From Alphaproteobacteria bacterium (GTDB lineage: Bacteria; Pseudomonadota; Alphaproteobacteria; RF32; CAG-239): DNA of 53,082 nucleotides. The position numbers and the translations under genes are program-made. Within the stretch, counting starts at the first letter, position 1, and every line of letters begins with the position of its first letter. Positions 48,167-53,082 of this stretch are shown here, piece after piece. The stretch is from contig JAVBOV010000039.1 in the NCBI GenBank assembly GCA_031550205.1, positions 1-53,082 of the forward strand. Reading direction: 5' to 3'. Below the pieces are notes generated by a model. It made no database searches, was not told the origin of the DNA, and saw only the letters and a program-made list of their open reading frames with translations.

Positions 48167-49854
48167 TCTCTTTCTCCTTCTTCAAGGTAAGGTGAGATTT
48201 TTTTATAAACCTCGGCATGATAATTGTTAAGCCAGTTGATTTCGCTGCTGTCCAGCAGTTCAACGTTAATCAGGTTTTTATCAATTGGAACATAGGTTAA
48301 ATTGACAAACCTTAAAAACCCCTCCATGACGCTTGGCGCAACATAAACAAGGTTTTCAATGCGGATGCCGTATTCTCCCTCTTGATAAAAACCCGGCTCA
48401 ATGGAAAGAACCATGTTTTCTTTTAAGGGATAATGGGTGCCGCCTGAGGATATGTTTTGCGGGCCTTCGTGCACATTTAGGAAATGGCCGACGCCGTGGC
48501 CGGTGCCGTGGTTGTAAACCAAGCCTTTTTGCCAAAGTTCGCGGCGAGAGAGAATGTCTATGCTCATGCCGTTGGTGCCGACTGGAAAAATGCTGGAGCT
48601 TAAGGCAATGTGAGCTTTTAAGACATAGGTGAAATTGTCTTTTATCTCTTGTTTGGGGTTGCCGATGGCGATGGTGCGGGTGATGTCGGTGGTGCCGTCT
48701 AAATATTGGGCGCCGCTGTCAATGAGCAGTACGCCTTCGGTTAAGGGCTGGTTGGTCAGTTCGGTCGGACGATAATGGATGATGGCGGCGTTAGCGCCCG
48801 CGCCGACAATGGCGCCAAAGCTTTCAGAAAAAAAGTTTTGGTTGGATTTTCTAAAGTCATATAATTTGGCAGCCGCATCGATTTCGGTTTTGCCCTGCCA
48901 GTTGTTTTCAAGCCAATACAAAAATTTGACCATAGATACGCCGTCGCGCAGGTGAGCCTGTTTGGTTCCTTCAAGTTCGACCAGGTTTTTTTCAGCTTTC
49001 ATCACTTGGCAGGGGTCAATTTGGCTTTGGTGCTCAATTTTATATTTTTTGAAAAAATCTGCAATAATTGACGGTGCGGCATAAAAGCAGCAGTTGACTT
49101 TCTTTTTCTTATATGCGCTCAGTTCTTTTTCAACTTTTTCAAGCGGCAGAATTTTGATGTTTTTGGGCAGGCTTAAATCTTTGTGGCTGCTAAAAACAGT
49201 AATTTGCCCTTGTTTGTTAACCAAGGCCATGGCTCTGACAACCGGCGAGTGCGGCAGCAGGTTGGAGCGAATGTTTAAGAGCCAGGAGACGCTGTCGGCG
49301 GCGGCGATGAAATAGGCATCGAGACTGCCGCGTTCAAGCCGGTCGCAGAAATCGGCAATTTTTTCTTCAGCAGTGATGCCGGAGAACTCAAGCTTGTGTT
49401 CAAAAACCAAAGTTTCTTTGCTTATGAGCAGCGGCGGGAGAATTTCGCTCGGCTCAAATTTGAGCTTGGGCAGGGATGCGGCCGCAAAATCCTGCAGTTT
49501 TTCAATTTCATGAACGGTGTGGCACCAGGGGTTATAGCCGAGAAAAGTTTTTTGCTCGGAATTGACGTGCTTTAAGAGCCACTCATTTAAAACATTATGC
49601 TTGCCGCAGATAACCTCAACATATTGGGGGTTGGTTTCAAGTTTGGCCTGAATTTCATAGCGGCCGTCGACAAACAGATAAGCCTTTTCGGCAAAAACCA
49701 ACAATGTTCCCTTGGAGCCGGAGAAATTGGTGAGGTTTAAGATGATGTTTTCTTCATCTAAAATATCTTGGCCGATAAACTGATTGTTTCTGGTCACAAA
49801 CAGGGCGTTCAACTTGGATTTTTTTATTTTTGTCTGCAGTTCAGCCAGGGTCAT
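48136..49854 (-). CDS. Xaa-Pro aminopeptidase (M24B)
   Basis: FVDGRY, AIIHY, DSGAQYLDGTTDITRT, HGTGHGVG..LNVHEGP, EPGFY..GIRIEN. Confidence 0.96.
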   Translation of the reverse strand: MTLAELQTKIKKSKLNALFVTRNNQFIGQDILDEENIILNLTNFSGSKGTLLVFAEKAYLFVDGRYEIQAKLETNPQYVEVICGKHNVLNEWLLKHVNSEQKTFLGYNPWCHTVHEIEKLQDFAAASLPKLKFEPSEILPPLLISKETLVFEHKLEFSGITAEEKIADFCDRLERGSLDAYFIAAADSVSWLLNIRSNLLPHSPVVRAMALVNKQGQITVFSSHKDLSLPKNIKILPLEKVEKELSAYKKKKVNCCFYAAPSIIADFFKKYKIEHQSQIDPCQVMKAEKNLVELEGTKQAHLRDGVSMVKFLYWLENNWQGKTEIDAAAKLYDFRKSNQNFFSESFGAIVGAGANAAIIHYRPTELTNQPLTEGVLLIDSGAQYLDGTTDITRTIAIGNPKQEIKDNFTYVLKAHIALSSSIFPVGTNGMSIDILSRRELWQKGLVYNHGTGHGVGHFLNVHEGPQNISSGGTHYPLKENMVLSIEPGFYQEGEYGIRIENLVYVAPSVMEGFLRFVNLTYVPIDKNLINVELLDSSEINWLNNYHAEVYKKISPYLEEGEREWLKNSCSPL

Positions 49855-50687
49855 TTTAATTTCTCCATTAAGATAATTCTCCATTGTTCAAATTCATAAG
49901 CTTTAACGGGAGTGAGATAATATTTTTTATGTTCTTTGACAACCCAGTCCAATTGGCTTTCGGTAAAGCCCGATAAAATGCAGAAACCGCCCCTTTTGAG
50001 GTGGGTTTCCAGGTTGTGAGCCATGTCAACCAGCGGGTTGGCCAGAATGTTGGCCAAGACCAAGTCATATGGCTTGTTGCTGCCGACAACGGCGGCATGG
50101 TAGCCGTTGCTGATTTCGGCGGTGATGTTTTTTTCTAAGCCGTTGCTTTTGACGTTGGCTTTGGTCACATCCACGCTTTCGCGGTCAATGTCTACGGCAA
50201 TGATTTCAGCTTCAGGCCAGAGTTTGGCGGCGGCCAAAGACAAAATGCCGGAGCCGGTGCCGATGTCTAAGATTTTTTGCGGAAGCATTTTGGCTTTATG
50301 TAAATCTTCCAAAGCCTGCAAACAGCCGCGGGTTGTCGGGTGGTTAAAGCCAAAGGCGGTCTCTGCATAAATTTTTAACGATATTTTGGGTTTTATAGAG
50401 TGTTTATCATCAGGGTTGCAGATATAAAACATTTCGGTTTCATATGGCGGGAAGTGAGAAGGGTGGGACTTGAGCCAGTTTTGGCTTTCAAGAATCTCAA
50501 GTTTATATTTGGGTTTCAGGCCGTTTGCTTCAGCTTGGTTTAAAAAATCTTTTTCATTAAAATATTCAGCATAGGCAATGTGGCTTGAGGTTTCAAAGTC
50601 TTCCGTGAGTGCAGAAAAATATTCCTCTAGAAAGGCAAGAGTTTTGTCATCGGCTTGTTTAAATGTCAACTGCCAGCATTTACTCAT
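49851..50687 (-). CDS. prmA: ribosomal protein L11 methyltransferase
   Basis: AFGFNHPTTRGCL, LDIGTGSGILS, DID, ANILANPL, ILSG. Confidence 0.92.
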   Translation of the reverse strand: MSKCWQLTFKQADDKTLAFLEEYFSALTEDFETSSHIAYAEYFNEKDFLNQAEANGLKPKYKLEILESQNWLKSHPSHFPPYETEMFYICNPDDKHSIKPKISLKIYAETAFGFNHPTTRGCLQALEDLHKAKMLPQKILDIGTGSGILSLAAAKLWPEAEIIAVDIDRESVDVTKANVKSNGLEKNITAEISNGYHAAVVGSNKPYDLVLANILANPLVDMAHNLETHLKRGGFCILSGFTESQLDWVVKEHKKYYLTPVKAYEFEQWRIILMEKLK

Positions 50688-50754
50688 ATGATATCTTCTG
50701 TTTTTGTTTGACTGTTATGCAGTATAATATAAAATAATGCCACATTATGCAAGA

Positions 50755-50897
50755 GGCCTGTCTCAAAATTGTTTTTTCGGGTCAACTGAGCGGTCGCTTC
50801 CGGTGCTCGAATGCTCATGTACTAAAGTGTACACTCCGCTTCTGTGCTCCGGGTCTTCCTCCATTTGACCCGAAAAATTCAATTTTGAGACAGGCCA
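50755..50897. repeat. RPE1-like palindromic element
   Basis: TIR GGCCTGTCTCAAAATTG / CAATTTTGAGACAGGCC, core shared with 8767-8900. Confidence 0.85.
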
Positions 50898-50921
50898 GGT
50901 TCAAAAAAGAAAGATTGATAT

Positions 50922-51689
50922 ATGAAAAAATTTGCAGTTTTATTGGTTTTGGTTTTGGTTTCGGCATGCAGTAAAAGCGGATATGATTTTAATTTTATGC
51001 CTTGGAGGCAAGAGTTTATTGAAACATGGAATGCTTATGATATTGAGTTTTTTGAGCAGGGGCCGCGGTATTTGAAAACCGAGACAATTGTGGAAAGAAA
51101 TTATCCGAAAAACGAGCTTTTGACCGCGTTTAAGGGATATGTGGCGGCAGATGAAAAAACTTATAAGAAAGACTATTATGCCACCGAAAAACTGCGTGTT
51201 AATGAAGACGGGTATCTCAGCACCGGCTCGGTTCCTGAAAAATTTAAGAAAGGCGAGCAAAAGGCTGTTTTGGGCGTGAGCAAAGTTGACGGAGAAGAAC
51301 TGTTTCTGGTGCCTTCGGATATAGATACTTTTGTGGTTTTGGTTAAGGATGACGGCAGCTTTTATGGCAAAATGGGGCAGATCAGATATAATAAGCTGAT
51401 TGTTTTGGACGCTGACTTTCACCCATATCCTCAAACCTTGAAATTGCTGCCGATTGCAACGACTAATGCAGAGCAAACCGAACCGGTGACCGGTTTTGAG
51501 ATTAAATATTCAGGTTTGAAAGACGGGCAGGCAGTGCTGACTTATTACGATTATACTCCTGGAAATACGGGAAAATATGAAGATTTTAAGTTTTCAACTC
51601 AGTCGGAAACCATCGGCGAGGTTAAGGGCGTTAAGTTCAAGATAATGGGCGCAACTGACGAAAAACTAGACTACATGGTAGTCGAATAG
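50922..51689 (+). CDS. lipoprotein of unknown function
   Basis: Lipobox VSAC; beta-rich; FEIKYSG motif. Confidence 0.8.
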   Translation: MKKFAVLLVLVLVSACSKSGYDFNFMPWRQEFIETWNAYDIEFFEQGPRYLKTETIVERNYPKNELLTAFKGYVAADEKTYKKDYYATEKLRVNEDGYLSTGSVPEKFKKGEQKAVLGVSKVDGEELFLVPSDIDTFVVLVKDDGSFYGKMGQIRYNKLIVLDADFHPYPQTLKLLPIATTNAEQTEPVTGFEIKYSGLKDGQAVLTYYDYTPGNTGKYEDFKFSTQSETIGEVKGVKFKIMGATDEKLDYMVVE

Positions 51690-51725
51690 TTCCATATTTT
51701 AAATTAAGAAAGAGGAAGATTAAAC

Positions 51726-52475
51726 ATGGCAGGACATTCCCAGTTTAAAAATATTATGTATCGCAAAGGGGCGCAGGACGCCAAGAAGGCAAGGGTTTAT
51801 GCCAAGCTTTCAAGAGAAATTACGGTGGCGGCAAAAACCGGCGCGCCGGATCCGGCGAAGAATCCGCGCTTGCGTTTGGCAATTCAAGCAGCAAAGGCCG
51901 AATCTATGCCCAAGGACAATATTGAAAGAGCAATTGCCAAGGCTTCGCAAGTGGCGGGCGGCGACGATTATGTGATTGTGCGTTATGAAGGTTTCGGTCC
52001 GGGAAAAGTTGCAATAATTGTTGAGGCTTTGACCGATAATAAAAACCGCACGGCCGGAAATGTGCGCGCACTTTTTGGAAAACGCGGCGGGGTGATGGGA
52101 GAATCGGGCTCGGTGGCGTTTAATTTTGAGCGAATCGGTTATATTGAGTATCCGAAATCTGCCGCCAGAGCCGAAGAGATGTTTGAGGCGGCGTTGGAAG
52201 CCGGCGCTAATGATGTGGTGGGCGGCGAGGTTCACGAGATTGAAACTCTGCCCGATGATTTGAGCATGGTGACCGAGGCCTTGGAAAAAAACTTTGGCAC
52301 GCCGACAGCTTCACGTTTGGATTGGAAAGTGCTGGTTAAAACTGATGTTACGGACTTAGAAACCGCCAAAGCGCTGTTTGACTTTATTGATGCCATGGAA
52401 GAAGACGACGACGTGCAAAAGGTTTATACCAATGCCGAAGTGGCGCCGGAAGTTATGGCAAAATTAGGAGAATGA
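51726..52475 (+). CDS. yebC: YebC/PmpR-family protein
   Basis: MAGHSQFKNIMYRKGAQD, NPRLR, YEGFGP, TDNKNRT, DDDVQKVYTN. Confidence 0.97.
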   Translation: MAGHSQFKNIMYRKGAQDAKKARVYAKLSREITVAAKTGAPDPAKNPRLRLAIQAAKAESMPKDNIERAIAKASQVAGGDDYVIVRYEGFGPGKVAIIVEALTDNKNRTAGNVRALFGKRGGVMGESGSVAFNFERIGYIEYPKSAARAEEMFEAALEAGANDVVGGEVHEIETLPDDLSMVTEALEKNFGTPTASRLDWKVLVKTDVTDLETAKALFDFIDAMEEDDDVQKVYTNAEVAPEVMAKLGE

Positions 52476-52476
52476 T

Positions 52477-52962
52477 TTGAGAATCTTGGGGCTTGATCCG
52501 AGTTTGGCATCCACCGGATGGGGGGTTATTGAGGTTAACGGCAATAAGCTTTCATATGTGGCGGACGGCATTATTACCACTGATGCCAAGACGGATCCGG
52601 CGGAGAGGCTGGTTAAGCTGCACCAAGGGGTTTGCGAGGTTATTGAGCTTTATAAACCCGATGAGGCGGCAATTGAAGAAGTTTTTCTAAATACTAATCC
52701 GCATTCAAGTTTGAAGCTGGGGCAGGCGCGCGGCGTGATTATGCTGGCGCCGGCCATATTCGGCATTCCGGTTGCCGAATATGAGCCGAACAAGATTAAA
52801 AAAGCGGTGGTGGGTGTGGGACACGCTGAAAAACACCAGGTTGGCACCATGATTAAAATTTTGCTGCCGGGGTGCAAGCCGAAAAACAATGACTCGGCAG
52901 ATGCGCTGGCTATTGCCATATGTCATAATAATTTTAGAAAAGTTCGCTCTGCGGGCTACTAA
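52477..52962 (+). CDS. ruvC: Holliday junction resolvase
   Basis: ILGLDPSL..TGWG, AIEEVF, LGQARG, DALAIAICH; TTG start; follows yebC. Confidence 0.97.
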   Translation: MRILGLDPSLASTGWGVIEVNGNKLSYVADGIITTDAKTDPAERLVKLHQGVCEVIELYKPDEAAIEEVFLNTNPHSSLKLGQARGVIMLAPAIFGIPVAEYEPNKIKKAVVGVGHAEKHQVGTMIKILLPGCKPKNNDSADALAIAICHNNFRKVRSAGY

Positions 52963-52975
52963 TACAGAAATTGCG

Positions 52976-53028
52976 GGGGTGGCAAAAATTCATGTACTTA
53001 AAGTGTACACTAAAATTTTTGCCACCCT
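52976..53028. repeat. hairpin carrying the RPE1-like core
   Basis: GGGTGGCAAAAATT/AATTTTTGCCACCC stem around CATGTACTTAAAGTGTACACT. Confidence 0.6.
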
Positions 53029-53082
53029 TTATTTCTTATTATTAGCCTCACATATCAAACTTTTAGGGGATATTGCAGTTCT

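Noticed and set aside
50747-50974. 75-aa ORF upstream of the lipoprotein
   Set aside because: Translation of the RPE1-like element

Overview
Chromosomal segment of an alphaproteobacterium. Gene order (rplU-rpmA-obgE-rsfS, fliL-fliM-DUF6468-motE-TPR, divergent rnd/aspS, uvrC-pgsA, yebC-ruvC) is Rhodospirillales-like, possibly a host-associated RF32-type lineage (inference). Bases 1-34 kb are mostly housekeeping genes (uvrB, uvrC, OmpR/EnvZ-type pair, ribosome biogenesis, flagellar motor, Pit/DUF47, xseB-ispA, rnd, aspS) plus a PilV-like giant minor pilin. Intergenic DNA is dense with several families of palindromic REP/RPE-like repeats, some of which lie in frame inside protein leaders. The 35-48 kb part is accessory. 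Best leads: (1) an integrase-less, polarised array of cassettes behind tRNA-Gln, each junction reading TGCAAGC-N6-CAGCCA; (2) two paralogous cassettes with a shared upstream block, a shared ~25-aa N-terminal leader, a divergent toxin-like domain (one serum-amyloid-A-like), a small membrane partner and a similar terminator; (3) a pair of tRNA-like genes with abnormal anticodon arms, one with a 77-nt structured D-loop insertion; (4) an apparently chimeric, Bacteroidetes-type aspS at the native locus; (5) a 26-bp triple-dyad operator-like motif tied to two orphan XRE/HigA regulators. All family assignments come from recalled motifs, not database searches.
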